From contig DF236989.1 in NCBI GenBank assembly GCA_000708835.1, positions 62,001 to 126,000 on the forward strand: DNA of 64,000 nucleotides, written 5' to 3'. Position numbers and translations under genes: made by a program. The stretch's first letter is position 1. Each line of letters begins with the position of its first letter. The notes beneath the pieces were generated by a model. That model searched no databases. It saw nothing but the letters and a program-made list of their open reading frames with translations, and had not been told where the DNA came from. This DNA is from Klebsormidium nitens (Eukaryota > Plantae > Klebsormidiophyceae). Shown one piece after another: positions 10,830-25,200 of the stretch.

Positions 10830-13800
10830 TCATCTACAATCCTTGAGCAGTCGAATAGGGGGCCCATACGTTTCTAAATTGCCTCTTTCCCGTGAGGCTT
10901 GTTCCGCAGCCATCGGTGTCGACGCCCCCGATGCTTGGGGGCTCGGTTGACCCATAGGTACCATCAGATGGCTGGGCTCACGGAGCGGCAAGGGCGAGGG
11001 GAGGCTCACGTCGAACAAAGACGGCGAGAAGGGCTCTCGGAAAGATGGCTGCAATCGAAGCACGAGTAAACTTCAGTCTCCTCAGATCTCCCAAGGTTGG
11101 TCGCACAGTCAAGTCTTGTGCAAATGCCTTTGACCACACAAGCATGTCCGTTGTGACCATTGTAAGCTTACACGATAACTAAGGTTGCGCAAGTGTTGAG
11201 CAACAGTGGGCACCCTCAATAAGGACTCTGTCCCCAGACTCTATACCACACCCCGAACGCGAACCGTGGTCAACGGCTCGACAGGAAGTCTAAGCGATGG
11301 CTGAGCTTACCGACGGGAGCCAAGTCAGGCCCGTGCCCCTATCCCCCGGGCGCCTTGGAGAGGGGCTCGTTAAGGCGGCTTCTACCGGGATGTTTTCCAC
11401 CTGACAGACAGACAAGAACGGTTTTTGAATCACTGCTCTGAATTTCAGCTATGATTGGCAGAAAACCATTGAGGCTAATGTTCCTTTCAAAGTCAGTTTG
11501 ATCACACCGCAGCCTGAATATCCTTTCGCATCGACTTTTGACCAAGACCCGCAATGCTCATGCTGCACCACTTGGGGGGCCTTGACTCCCCCGGTTGCAA
11601 GCTCCTCGCCATTGAAATGTGAGACGAGTTTGGTTGACCAAGTACCGAAGTCTGTCAGGCCGACTTGGTTCAACGACCAAACTCAAGAATCTGTTGTCTG
11701 TATAAGGTCATCGCGTTTCCAAGAATGGCGGGGTTGTCTTCGACGTCCGAGGATTGGACACGGGAAGCAAAGTAGAACGGGAGACTATCAATGCGGTGAC
11801 TGCAACAAGTAGTGCTTGCTGAAAGGTGGACTGAACCGAAGATGTTGTGACAACCCATGCAGATTGGCCGTAACAATTGGCCTTGACATCTGTCAGAACC
11901 GATGAGGCGCCACTTCGAAAGCACCAGGACCGTCGTATGATCTTCCAGATTTGCCCAGAAACGACGACGTAGTGTCCACTATTGATGGTTTCGCCAGGGA
12001 CGATTGGATGATTGTGAAAGAATGTCGTACTAACCGCTTCAATATGATGGTCAAAATCGAAGCAAAAACCCCGTCAACCTGAACAGAAATTCCGTACAAA
12101 CCCCTCCATCTGAACAATCACAACCGAAGCAAGACCCTTCAACCTGAACGATGAAAACAATGAGAGGAAAGAAATGCCGTGCGGGTGCTTTTGATGCCGA
12201 AATGAAAATTCGGAAAAGAACGATAAGGGCGCGCACCTCTTCTACAGCAGCGGCACTCTGGTCTGTGATGTGGCGCAGCATGCCGAGCGGGTCGTCCACA
12301 GCGGAGCCCGTTCCCATGAACAGCTCCAACTCCTTGGAAGAGAGGGTGGAGAAGGCATGAGTACGGTGCAGAAGATCTGATATTTTGTGAACAGATTACT
12401 TCGAAAAGTACTTGCGAATCCACTGAATCACAATCAGGAATCATTTGTTGTTAGGTTTGATTAGATGACCGAATGGTGACTTCAAATTGAACATTCTCGA
12501 AGCAGCTCTCTTTCGATTCAGAAACTACTCGGAACCAACTCTCGGCTAATGCGTAGTAACACAGAATCAGCACGAAACCAGATCGATCCGGTCCGTCGAC
12601 TCGCAAATAAGCCGGATCCTACAATGAAACCAAGCCGAAAAACCAAGGCATTGCTTGCCCTCTTCGTCTTTGCCCTTCGACCCTCTTTAAGTTAGTCCGT
12701 TCTTGACTGTAGAAGTACCCCAAAATCTCGATTCCGGTTGAGAGACGGCATCAAACGGGCTTGTCTTGGAAAGCGTCCTAAACTGAAACTCGCTTACAGG
12801 GTTAACACGTTGAGCAGATTGACATGTCAAAGGACTCAATTCCAAGAACGTTTCAAATCTGCATCTCTTTTACCGGACTAGCTTGGCTACGACGATGCGC
12901 AGAATCGAAATCCAGCTCTGCTACAGTGCAGAAGGGCTTCTAACACGAAACCTTCACCTCCGAGATGGCTATTCTCGATCGCGATCAGTAGCAACTCCGG
13001 GGACTTTCAAAGCAGAAAACGTACGTCCCGAGGCTAAGGCTCCAATCTACCAACTTCCTGAATTCATCCCATTCCCTTAATACACTCGAACCTCCTGAAT
13101 TTGGTCTGACATTCGTTGATTCAATCGGACTTCCTTGATTCAACCCAACCCCTTTCAACCAATCCAACCTGGCTCATTGGATTCAAAAGCCATTAACCGA
13201 ATCCGGTCTTTTGCCCCCAATCCAGCCGGACTCCCTTCACTCAGTCCGACTTTCTTCAATTACTCCGACTTCAGAAACCTAACCCAATCTCCCTGATTCA
13301 ATCTGACTTTCGTCCCCCCTGGAAAGAACGCCCTAGGCTTACCTGCTCATCTCGGCGCCGCTGAAGGGGCGACGGCGCTGCCTGGCGGGCATGGGGGGAC
13401 GGCCAAGGTCGCCAACCGGGAGAGTCTATTGCAGGCATGGTCCTGCAAACAGAAGGACCCACTTCTCGACTGAGTATCGCAGGTTTCAGGCCATCTCTAA
13501 TGCTCGAGTTGGATTTTCCAATGCGGGAAAGGGACAGGTTGCCAGTAGAGGAGGAATTGGCTACAATGGAGTGAACTACCAGCGAACGTGTAAAATTTCG
13601 GTTGACTCTGGGCTCTGCGCAGCGACTGCTAAGGCTCCCAGGTTTGCTCTGGTGCGTCAGATGCATCGGGTTGACTTCCGATGTGTGTGAAGTGCCCCAA
13701 TTCCAGATGGAAACCGGCACCATGTTGGAAACAGCCCTCAACACGTGAAAGAGCCACTGGCACCTACATGTACACCCCTCCGACCGCTGATTCTACCACT

Positions 13801-16800
13801 CATTGAACTATAACACAATCTGAAATAATGAAGTTCTGCAATCATTTCCAACTTACATGGATACGAAGGGATCCCCCGCATCCATCACTGGGAGCGCCGC
13901 CGGCACGGGCCGGACCTCGACAGCTGTCACGAGCCCGCCGTCCCCGGTCCACGAGGAAGCCACAAAAGGAATTAGTGGTTGCGCCTTTTGCAGCCCGGGT
14001 GAATTTCCCGAGGCCCTTGCTATGGGCCTGGCCTTGATGTTCTTGGACAGGTGTGAATGGCCCCCGGCCAGGGGGGGTCGAGAGGCCGGCACTCGGAAGG
14101 AAGGGGCGGCAATCGAGAGGCTGTGGAAACATTGGAGATAGAAGTTAGTGACAAGCTGTAGTGGTCGAATGAGGAAATATCAATCTACGTGAAATCTACG
14201 TGAAGCGGACTCGATGTTCTTACAAACAAAACGGGCAGGAAAATAATAGGTCAGAGACATAAAAGACGGAGTGACCGGGTGTTAAGAGGCTGCATGAAGG
14301 GTGGTGCTGGCAAGTGGCGTCAGGTAACGACAGCAACGGTAAGAAGAAGAACGAAGTACAACTTGAGCAAATTCACTCGGAAAATGAAACATGCAAGTCT
14401 ACGCAAGCGAAGCGAAAAAAACACGAAAACAAGCAGTCATAAGATTCGTAACTTCTCACAGAGACAGAATCTCCGTAACCACGATTGAAGCAGGGAAGAA
14501 ACGACTATACCAAAAGTAAACAGTCCCCAAAAAAAGCAGAAAAGAAGGGATCCAGGTCAGTAGTCACCTATTGAAAGGTTGCTCCACAAGGACGGACCCA
14601 TGCACCGGTACCGCCACCTGTACACGACGGCAAGTGTCCAGCTGTCAGAAGACATGACACCTGTCAGCAGACCTGACAGCTGCCAAGATCTGCCCCGAAG
14701 GACTTTCCGAGGATAACAGAGCTCGGACTTGAGGCTAGCCAATTCCAGCACGGAACACGATCCCCAACGAGAGCGCCAAGCTGTTTCAACTAGAGAGGCT
14801 CTGCGTGTTCGTACGTTTGCTTCGTCTTGACTTCTTCCGAGAATCTGTCCGCCAAAGCTTCAGATGGAAGGCTGGCCCCAAAGTCAAAAAACTGGATTGC
14901 AGAAAGAGAGTTGAGACGGTCGCCCGTTTGTAGAATGACAGCGTAGAGAGCGCCAAAGCATTTGGTGCATTGAGAAGGTGGCTCAAGATGCCACGCCACC
15001 ACTTTTCAGGCAAACACAATGAGACGAATCAATTGTTCCTTGGTTGCCTGGCCTGCTTATCCCACACGCTTAGTCAGCAGGACCTTGATCCGGATGATCT
15101 GGAAATTCGCCTCTCACCTCTTGAAAAAGGAAAATGCTGAAGACTCAAAAGTCTGACACGTTCAAACCAAAGTAATGCTGAATTCCACTCACATTCAGTG
15201 AAGGACCCTTGATGCTGGAGGTTTTTCGGGGGGGTGTCCTCCCCCCCCCTCCCCTCATCATCCCCCTCACGGGGCTGCCACTCAGGCTCTGCTGGCCCAC
15301 CCCGTTCCCTACTCCGTTCTTTTGCGTGCCCCCCCTGCTCCCCCCCACCTCTATGCCCGATCCATTCGCCCCCTTATTTACCTCACTGCTCCGCTCCTTT
15401 CCATGTAGACCGCTCGACCCCGCACTCCCGTTCACATGCCCGTTCGCATCCGCCCCCGCACCCCCGTTTCCGTATCTGGTGCTTGACCCCCCCCTGATCG
15501 TACCTCCCCCATTTTCTGTTGCCCCGTTTACTAATCCCTCCCTCGCATCGCCGTCGCCATCCCGCCTCTTTGACCCGGCTTCGTTCGCCTCATCTTCCCG
15601 GTCCCCCCCCCTCTCAGAAGCCCGTTCCTTCCCCCCCACTGACGCAGTCTCGTCCTCCTCCGCCCCCCGCTTTAAGGGCCCACTCACGCTTTCCCCCCCG
15701 CCGTCCTGTGCATTGCCCTGGCCCGCTGCTCTTCTTTCGCTTTCTGCCGCTCCCTCCAGAATGCTCGCACGCACCGCCCCCCCTTCTCTTGGACCCCCCT
15801 CGCCGTTGGCTCGGGCGGGCTCGGGGTTAGGGTCAACCGGAGACGGGTTTGGGTCTAACCGCCGGGGGCGCTTCCGGAAAATGGAGGGCGTCCCACCAAA
15901 GGTTTTGGCAGCGCTGCGCAGCTTGGACTGCAAAAAAATGGGAGGGGAGCTCACTATTTCTCTTCTGACCCCCAACTCTACCGCTTTTGAATACTGGGTG
16001 ATGGTGCTTATGCACGTGATTCCATCTTTTTTTCTATAAACCGACCTTCAGTTGATTGCACAGCGGAGGACTCGACTCCTGTCTTTTGCTCCTTCTTTTG
16101 TGTGGCAATGCTGCTTGTACAGGTTTCTTCTGAACGGTTTCTTTCAACGACAGATACATCAAGATATGCGCCCCTCACTTTCGGAGTATCTCGGAACACC
16201 CATCCTCTCCTCGACGCTGCCCGTCTTCTGATCGGCCAGAACGCGGAAACGCGTCTGAGAACAGACGAGAACCCAAGAAGGATACAAGTTGCGTATGAGG
16301 GTTCCGATGTGCAAAAGACAAGAAAGAAAATAGAGTAAGAAGTTTGCCCAGTAAACTCTTACCTGCGGGCTTATGCCATCGAAGAGCTGCGATGGTGTGA
16401 CTTGGTTGGGCGTCGTAAACGCGGACTGCGCACCCCCGATGACCTGCGTGATCCCCAGGGGCGAAAAGGCGCTCGCTTTTCCTTCCGGGGGGCTCCGGAA
16501 CGAGTCAAAGGAGGCCCCCGCAAACGGCGAGACTATTTTGGGCGGCTCGTAGAAGAGGCGGCCCGAGTTTGGCGCGTGGGGGGGGCTTTCGTTCTCAGCG
16601 CCGCGCTGCTCGTCAATGACCTCGAGCTTGCCGTCGGGGGTGCCTGGACGTGAGGGTGAGGAAGAGTTAAGGTTCTGTTAACTGTTAGACGAAGGTCAGC
16701 TTTAGATCTTCATGGTCCCTTCGGATATCGCAGGAACTGGGTTCTCCACGTGTGTAGAATTGCATTGCAGCTTATCCACTGGCTTTCGCTGTCAGTCAAT

Positions 16801-19800
16801 CTTTGGGTGTGCCTCTCACCACCGAGCTACCAACTCAAAATTGGGCTTGGGGGGGAAGCCAGCTCTGAGCTGATCATTCGAAGAAGGGCGCGCCCTGCCT
16901 GAAAGACCCCCCACCTATTGACTAAGTATCCCTTGAAGGAGCAGCCCACATATAAATCAAAAATGCCCTAGACGTCGCAAAAGCACTCCCCTCAGATCTA
17001 TAAGGACAGCGACCTGCCCAGAACGAAGTCTTAATGCAGTACGCTTTGCTGAACGCCTTTACCTGATACCGCAAAACCAGAAGCTCACAGGACGGACGGA
17101 GTAGGTTCACCCACTTTCGATTGCAGATTGAGGGATTATGACAAACCTAAATCTTGGGAAGCGTGAACTCACGCACTCTTCCATCTATCCTGCAAAGAAA
17201 ACCTCTACTTGCAACAAAACCACCCCCTTACCTGTGAGGTACTCTGGCAGTCGGTACTCATTCACCGCCTTGTTCGCCGCTGCCAGCAGATCCTCCGATG
17301 CGCCCACAACTTTCTGGGGGGGCTGCGCGCGCGTCGCCTGCGGCTGGATCACCGTTGGGGGGAGCTCCTGGGGTGGCGGCGCGATCTGCCGCACAATGTA
17401 CCCGTGTTCCAAAGACGGCTGCAACTGAACCCCCGTCTGCACCCGCGCCCCCGATTGCATCGCCAGCAGCCCTAGCGTGCTCACCGGTCCAGGGGGGAAG
17501 TTCAGGCAGGGCCCGGTACCCCCCCATGGAAGCGGCAGCTTCATTGGAACCGTCCCCCCGTTCTGTTGCGGGGGGGTCTGGAAAGGGCGCTTCCTGCCCC
17601 GCTGCTGCTGAGGGGGAGGGAGTGCCTGTTGAGGGGGGTATGCCGGCGGGGGGGGGTACTCAGCACACCCATACTGTGGCTCGTCGCCGTATCCCCCTGT
17701 TTCGTAATCGTCATCGTCGCCGTAGTGCCCCGCCTCGACGGGGGGGTTCCATTCGACTGGGACTAGAGGGACCGACAGATCCGCGCCCAGCATCTCCAGC
17801 AGTTTGGCCTCACCGTACTGCTCCACCTTCTTCTTCACAGTGCTGTTTACAAAAAGGGGGGGGGGTGGTTTCAAGATCTACAACCTCTGCCATCGCAATG
17901 AACAATGAAAGTGGACAGCCTTGCCGGCACCTCCAGTCTCAATCAGCACGCATGCCCATCTGTAGCAGTAATTCTCTTGCACTTCAAAGACCTTCTCAAG
18001 TTGGGGCCCCTGGTTAGCAACACTTTGTTCGTCCGCACATGTCTGGAAATCTGAAGCGCTCCAATCATAGTCATCACGTGTGCACTCTGATTCACTCGTA
18101 TCTGCAAGCCAGAGTCTCAATCAAACCTCAGCCTTTACCCCCGGACAAAACTTTAAATCTTAACCCACCTGTTCCAGTGGTTCTTGATGTTGTTGTCTGT
18201 CCGGCCCGGCAAGTAACGTGCGATCTCAGCCCACTTGTTGCCGAACGCCGAGTGTGCGCGGATGAGCGCCGCGTCCTCCTCCTCAGTCCAGTGCGTGTGC
18301 TTGATCACTGGGTTCAGGTGATTGTGCCACCTGGCAGCGTGACATTGGTCACCCTTGTCAGGACGCCGTCAGGGGGCATTGAGATTAAAGGCGATTGTTG
18401 CAAAGATACAGGAGTCATCCAGATGTCTTCAGATCTGAGTGTATTGATGGGAGGAACGAATGCGACATTACCATCTGAGATCAACAGCAATCGGAAGGTC
18501 AATCCGTAACAAAGTGCCAGTGACTATTAACAAAAAACTGTACACAGCTTTGTGTCACTCATTCTTGCCTTGTGCATGATTGCCAACGAGAACAATTCAT
18601 TTCCCGGGTCCGCAATGACCTACGCTGCAAAGAGGCCCTCGGCACATTCAATGATGTGAACGACACTCTGAAAGCCAGCCATGCTCTCAGTCACAAAAGC
18701 CAGCTGGACCTTTTCAAGGAGAGCTTGAGCACAAAACTGACGCGTCCAAAGTCGCAGCATTCGAAAACCCGCACGATTGCATACTTGCACATTTCCAGAA
18801 ATCCAGTTCAGCTGAGGCGCCCCGAGTGAGCGGCACCCGAGCCTCACCGCTCACGGCACTGCTTTCCGATCCTCCCCGGCAGGTTCTGCGCGATGATCGA
18901 CCACTTTTTAGCCCCATATTGCGCGACCAGCTGCGCGATCCGCTCGTCCTCCTGCAAACAGCAAAGGACGCACCTTTGAATGCCCGCAATGAATGAAAGC
19001 CCACAGAGGCTGCCGTGCCAAATGGATGCACCTCTTCCCGCAGAGCGTAATATTGTGACCCACATAGCTGTCCGCTACTACAACGTTGAGTGCCCCTCCT
19101 ATCTTCAAACGCACTCCGAACGCGCCTATGAAAGGTTGCGGCTTTGGAAGATTGACAGCAACTGAAGGCCCCAGAAGCCTTCTACTTTCACCTGTCTTGC
19201 TGCTCGAGTCTCACGGGACTTTATGCTCAAATTCGAATGTAAACATGGTCATCAAAAATTTGCATATGGGCATACCAGACAAAAGAGCTGCAAAGAAAAG
19301 GTCAGGCTTGCTAACCTCCTTTGTCCAGGGGCCCTTGACCAAGTCTGGATTGAGGACTTTCTGCCACCTGTGCAGGCACTGCACGTCTGTGCGATCTGGG
19401 AAGTATGTAGCTGCAACAAGAGATGGGGCATGATTGGTATGCATGACTCCTTGGATGGATCAGAGCCGCCCCCATTTTCCTGCCCAGTCTTCCTCAGACA
19501 CAACAAACAACCAAACTCGTGTTGTAGGGGGGAGTCTGCGCTTGAGCCGCAGCTTTGTATGCTCAGGCATCCAGTGAACTAGAGCGATGCAGCGAACAGC
19601 CCACTTAGGCAACCTCTGAAGTATTCGAGCTGGCAATGCATCCCCATAAGAATACCCTGATGCAAAGCAAGACAAGTGCTGCATCACTAATTAAGCTTCG
19701 GGCTTTTGTAAGTGGGTGCGTTGACCAAGTAAAACCATGTACGGTGCTTTTGAACCAGAATGCTGCTCACCAATCTTCTTCCAGTTCTTGCCCTTGTGGA

Positions 19801-20679
19801 CTTGCACTGCCCGCCGCAGGATGTCATCCTGGCAATCATCAACATAGCAGCAGCCAATCAGTGTCAAGCAACAATCAGAAGGTATCAAGCATCGGAAGCT
19901 GAATCCGAGTCCACAGCTTGCCCGACGCTCGTCAAGCCTGCCTTCAAAAGAACAAAGGATCCAACATTATGCCGCTGCACATGCCAGCTGTCACAAAGGT
20001 GCTGCCAGCTGTCCCTGCACAAGGCTGCCGAAGTCATTCATGCGCTTCCCCCGCTGTCTGTGCCCGTGGGAATAACCCGGTGAAGAGCATAACCCACCTC
20101 TTCAGGAGTCCAGCCTCCCTTGGACGACCTCCTCTTTGGCTTGCCTGCCGGCCTGCGCGAAAGCAACTGCACTGTTGAGCCCAATGCCACAATCCACGCA
20201 ATGACAGCTGTCGCACGACCATTTGACAGCTGTCCTGTCGCTTCCTAATTTCTTCTTGCCTACTGTTCAAATACAGCAGCTTTGTTAGCGCACGATCAGC
20301 CAAAGCGGCCCACAATCAAGGGATAGCAGAAGCAAGACCGTTCTTTACCCCCATTCCTGTCATGCAGGGCCAAAGTTCACATTTGCTGCTCATATGATGC
20401 ATATCTTCACGTCTGCATCATGACTTACCCTTCAAAAGGAGGGAGCCCCTCCGATGCGGATGGCTGGGAGAGTGACATGTCATCCTCGTCATTGCCCACG
20501 TCCACTGGTACGAGGGCCATCTCGTTCCCATGGGCATGATGCATATGCTCGTCATCATAATAGACGACGCCCCCCTCAGCCATGTACGCATCGTGCTCAC
20601 TCTGCATATGCCCCTGATTGTCCATGCTGGGCAAAGGGACCACCCCCGCACGAGGTACCGCCTGGTTATCTAGCTGCAA
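10830..20679 (-). CDS. MYB3R: Three-repeat (R1R2R3) MYB transcription factor, many exons, ~10 kb; start codon approximate
   Basis: Spliced repeats: [12 protein letters not shown]|[14 protein letters not shown]|[32 protein letters not shown]|[29 protein letters not shown]|[40 protein letters not shown]|STVKKK. C-terminal MYB3R-like motifs: GRLFYEPP (~16520), [18 protein letters not shown] (~15900), [20 protein letters not shown] (~12260) and terminal LLKDCR* (10830). Confidence 0.92.
13080..13320 (+). repeat. Degenerate short-repeat tract (GATTCAATC / CCGACT variants) in a MYB3R intron
   Basis: TTGATTCAATCGGACTT, TTGATTCAACC, CTGATTCAATCTGACTTT, CAGTCCGACTTT and CTCCGACTT recur in ~240 bp. 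Confidence 0.45.
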
Positions 20680-21980
20680 GATGGCTCCACCGCAAATGCA
20701 GAATCCAGGACAGATGGAAACTACCGCTAGGTAAAGAAAACACCTAAGGGCCTACACTAAGATTCTCTTACTCTTAGCACGCACTGCTCGCAACCTCAAG
20801 GCGCCATTCCTCTTGATCTGGTCCCCTCATATCTGTCTGGCTGGGCAGCCATTGTAGGCAGAACCGGATGCATCGAGAAAGACGTGTGGAGGACTCGGAG
20901 TCGGAGGTTGCCAATGCCAGTCGGCGCAGCAGCAAGAAGTTGGTGAAATTTGAAAGTTTGCTGAATATGGGCCATAAATGGACGCGTTACATATGACGTT
21001 TGTATTTCGCCTCCCTTCCGGAGCCAATCACAGAAGTTACGCGCGGTAACGATGGCCAAGCAAGCCGTGCCACCTGGCCCTGTCGGGCATGTGAATCGCC
21101 GAACTCCCCCAAGCTTGTGGTTGGTCATGACTCCAGTTTCCGATTGGTCTCCTCGTGCGACGCTTCGAACCCCAAGCCGTTCTCAAAACTGCTAGGAAAT
21201 GTAGATCGCACGAAGATCTCGCTACGTTTCAAACCAGGGATGAAAGTCACAAAAACAGGGATAATCGATCCATATTCCTAAATCAGCGAAGGAGAGACGT
21301 GTCAAGTTATGTTGGGATACGGCTACATTTTGGATCAGGTCGCTGCCCGGGGGACGGCTTGGGTTAATATGAGGTTTGGGTTTGATAGTGTGTCCGATCA
21401 TTTTAACCAGCTGAGGTTTGAATACGCCAGGTCGCCCGGGGTGTTCGTGCAGCTCAAATCTCAACTTGTGATGTCAAATTGCGCTTTGCAAATGGATAAG
21501 GGGGGAGACTCTGAGCCAATTTCCTGCCCACTGCAGTCTGCATCAGAATCATGGCAGGACAGTAGAAACAGCTGCACGTACGTTTGGCGCTTAGTTCCCT
21601 CCTCTCTTTTTGTAGAGATTTTGGTTTGGCACCTGTGAGCCCCTTCATTTGGCAGGTTGCAGCGATAGGTAAGAATCTGCATGACGGTAAAGTGAGTGTG
21701 CCACGTTGCTTTCTTGGGGGGTTCACTTTTTGAAGTTGCAATTTGGGAACGATAACAGCATTGTGTCTGGTTTTTGTCACAAGAACGTTCATTCCTTTGA
21801 CCCTGAAAGTTAATCCTTAGTTGCTCAATGCACCTTGACATAAAGTGGTCTCTTCTTATAAACACCACCGCGATAATGTGTATAGCAGTCCCGAAGCTCC
21901 AGCAGATAAGCTCGGTGTGCTCTGCTTATGGTTTCGACTGGCTAAACTCCAGAAAGTACGGAGAGAGGGGGGGATAAAGA

Positions 21981-22090
21981 CACCACCACTTTGCAGAAAT
22001 TAGGCACCACCACTTTGCAGAAATTACGCACCACCACTTTGTTGAAAATACGCACCATTTTGGGGGGGGGAAGGCACCGTCACTTTGTAC
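21981..22090 (+). repeat. 24-bp tandem repeat (about 3.5 copies plus one dispersed partial copy) in the MYB3R/TRM7 divergent intergenic region
   Basis: CACCACCACTTTGCAGAAATTA(G/C)G at 21981, 22005 and 22029; partial copies at 22053 and ~22075. Confidence 0.85.
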
Positions 22091-22206
22091 CCCATTTCTG
22101 CGTTCCAGTGTTACTTGTTTCCCATAGTGCTACTTTTTGTCCTGCTCCTTGCAGAAGGTTTGCTGAACTTGGGGTCTGAAAGCAACTCTTCGAGCATCAG
22201 TTCAAC

Positions 22207-25200
22207 ATGGGGAAGGCCTCTAAGGACAAAAGGGTGAGCGGTGCCTGCTGTTCTTAGCGAAGGTTTACTAAAATAATTTCCAGTGAAACATCTGCAAGGT
22301 TCCATTTCATTTAGATCGATTCAAATGAAGTCTTGAGGGGCGCAGCTCTGCTCGTCAACCTCATACCCATAGTGGTGGTGTAACCACCTGATGAGATACC
22401 AATACTTGTGGTAAGAACCATAAATTGTACCAGAAGAGTTGGGGCTGTGACGCGACAGGGTTACTTTCTGCCATTAATCCCGCCTTCCATCAAAAGTTGT
22501 GGCTAGTTCTGAGTTGGATAGTGTGGAAGGCCCCACCATCAATCGGTTTCTTGTGTCTGTTTCTCGAGAATCTGTATGTTGAGGGTGGCTGTTCATAGAA
22601 AGCTGTCCCCCCAAGTTCCCCTTATCATAGAGCTTGGTCTTACAGTGTGTCCGCTCGCTGGTTGGCCATGGTCCTCTTCAGATTGGCACATGTGAATGTG
22701 CGACAGTTGATCATCGTCAATTGACCCAGAGAACGTAAAGCTCTCGCTTCTGCAACACGTAACCTTGCGTCAAAGCTAACGCAGCTTTCCTACTTGAGAT
22801 GACCACACTGAAGTTTCCAGGTAACCACTAGATTTTTCAACGACTTACACACCTTGTTGCAGATGCTATTCTTCTTACTTTGAAAAGAGCGGCTTCGCTA
22901 TCATTGAGATCGTCTTTTGTGCCCCCGTGTCCAGGATATCTATTACAGAAAAGCGAAAGAGGAGGGATGGAGGGCCAGGAGCGCATTCAAGCTGCTTCAG
23001 ATAGATGAGGACTTTGACATCTTGACCGGTACGTGCTATGCCACAACTCAGCTTGCTGAGGTGTCTTGTCTTTGTTGGTATCCACTTTGGGAGTCTGCCG
23101 CTTATGTCGTCGGCATGACTTTCAAGGCCGATGGATTCAGCTACTGCCAGTCGGACTCTTGTCTAGCACGGATAAAGGTTGAACGCTACTACAGCAAGAT
23201 TTATAACGCCTGCTTCCAAAAGAAAGCCCTCTCAAACAGGCACAAGGCGTTCTGCCCGACCGTGTAAGTTGATTACATTTAAGGCCGTTCCGCAGAAGAT
23301 TCCTATCAGTTGTTCCTATATATCCCGAATACAATCGAGGCTGTTCGGTCGAGCTTTCAGGCAAAGGAGGTTTGAAGAATGTCGAAGCTTGAATTGATAG
23401 AAGCCAACCTCAGTCACATCAAAAGCGCAAAATATAATCGTTGCTTGACGGTCTCATCGAACGTCCGTCTATGCAGGCGTGCGCAGAGTGGTCGACTTAT
23501 GTGCTGCTCCTGGGAGTTGGAGTCAGGTTAGCACGCCTCCCCACTAATGCAGTGACTGGGACATCAGATATTTGAGTTTGCAGCCCCAAGGTGCTAGGGA
23601 CTTCGGGCTTTCTGTCATTAAGCACTCGCATGTGGGGGACCCGTTTGTGTTCCAAGTCTGAAGTAAGGGGAATTTGGAAAAGGTTTGAGGCCTGTTCGTC
23701 AACACCAACAATTGGTCGAGATATAGTTGGATAATTAGGAGGACAAGCTGAAGCCGCGAGGTTTGCATCCTCAAAAACTCTTTATGGGAATCAGACACCT
23801 CGAATCCTCATACTTAAAGCCCGTCCTCAATCAGTCTTGCTAACCATTTGTGAACCACTTCAGTCTGGTCCTCTGCGATCCGATAGTGAGTGAGCTGTCA
23901 CTTTTTAGGTACTCAGCAGGCGGCTCTACCTCCCAGCAAAGGCCGCAGCCCATAATGGGTGAGGCGACAAACCTCACCATTCGTGTGACGATATGCATTG
24001 CTTTCTTAGGCTTCTGCTTGGCATTCTAGATCTGACGCCGAGGTATCAAACCTGGGTACTCAACAGATAGATCAGACATTGCGTTCACTGAGTGTCTTCA
24101 CACTGCGCTGGCACGGATGCTCATGCTTTTAGTCAAAACTGCCCGAGACCTGACTTGTCAATTGGAGGAGAAGAAGGGGCGGTGTCACGGTCGCTCCGAG
24201 ATCGTCATCACGTTCAATGGAAAAGCGCAGATACCAAGTGCTTTCCAGGCGCCAAAGGGTGAACATTTATACCATGCTAACTTTTCCCGCTGAAGATGCA
24301 TATTCTGGTGGCTCCTTGCGCAGAGACGCCGCCGCACCTCCACTCATCGTGTCCATTGATCTCCAACCGATGGCGCCCATCGAGGGCGTGAAGCAGATCC
24401 AGGGGGATATTACCAGCGCGCGGACGGCTGAAGAGGTGCGACTCGTTTGCGTAAAGAGGGCTTTCTCACGCGGTTCTGGGCGGTCTCTTGGCAGCAGGCT
24501 TCGCTGTTGGGTTGCAAAATAGTCGATCACGTGGTACCGCGTGGAGCGAATAGACATATGAGCATCCGGGCTGTCTTATTGCTGAGATCTTACGGCTGCG
24601 AAGCCGTTCGACCCGCTTGATAGGTGCTGTCGCCCGTCAAATTCAAGTCGGATCCAGGATTGACCAATCCGCTCTGTAGATACTTGTACGATTGTCGTTT
24701 ACTGTCGCTGAGTATTTTTGGGGCCACAGTTTGTTGTGGCGTCCAAGAAATGCCCTCGCCACGTACGTTCGAACCAGTCTGCCACTTAGCTCGATATGAA
24801 ATCAAACGGCATGGCTTTGTAAATTTGATATTATTCCGATCGATAATCACAAACATTTGATCTTTTGCCTTGCGATGGGAAACAAGGGTGCTTTTGGATT
24901 GCATACTATGCAATTGAATACTGTTGACAGCTGTATGCATAATCTGTTGAAGAGTAGAGAAACTTGACTTCTTTTGGTTTGACATCATCGTGAACCTTGC
25001 TGGGGCCCTGAGATTGACTGCAACCAGTCGAAATGGGCTCGTCAAAGTCGCTTCTCAGACTGTTCTGTTTATTTGAGGGACCTAGAGATGCTCTCAGCAG
25101 TTTCGTGACCACGTGGCAGGTCATCAAGTACTTCCGAGGCGAAAAGGCGGACCTTGTAGTGTGCGACGGGGCGCCCGACGGTGAGGCTTGCTGCTGACGT

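Noticed and set aside
11900-12070. Minus-strand frame reading [13 protein letters not shown], like a ubiquitin-protease His box
   Set aside because: It lies inside the MYB3R span, is short and bounded by stops, and has no other USP motif; probably chance.
15209-16039. 276-aa Pro-rich plus-strand ORF (and 17298-18017)
   Set aside because: Antisense shadow of GC-rich MYB3R exons; the minus strand carries the conserved motifs.
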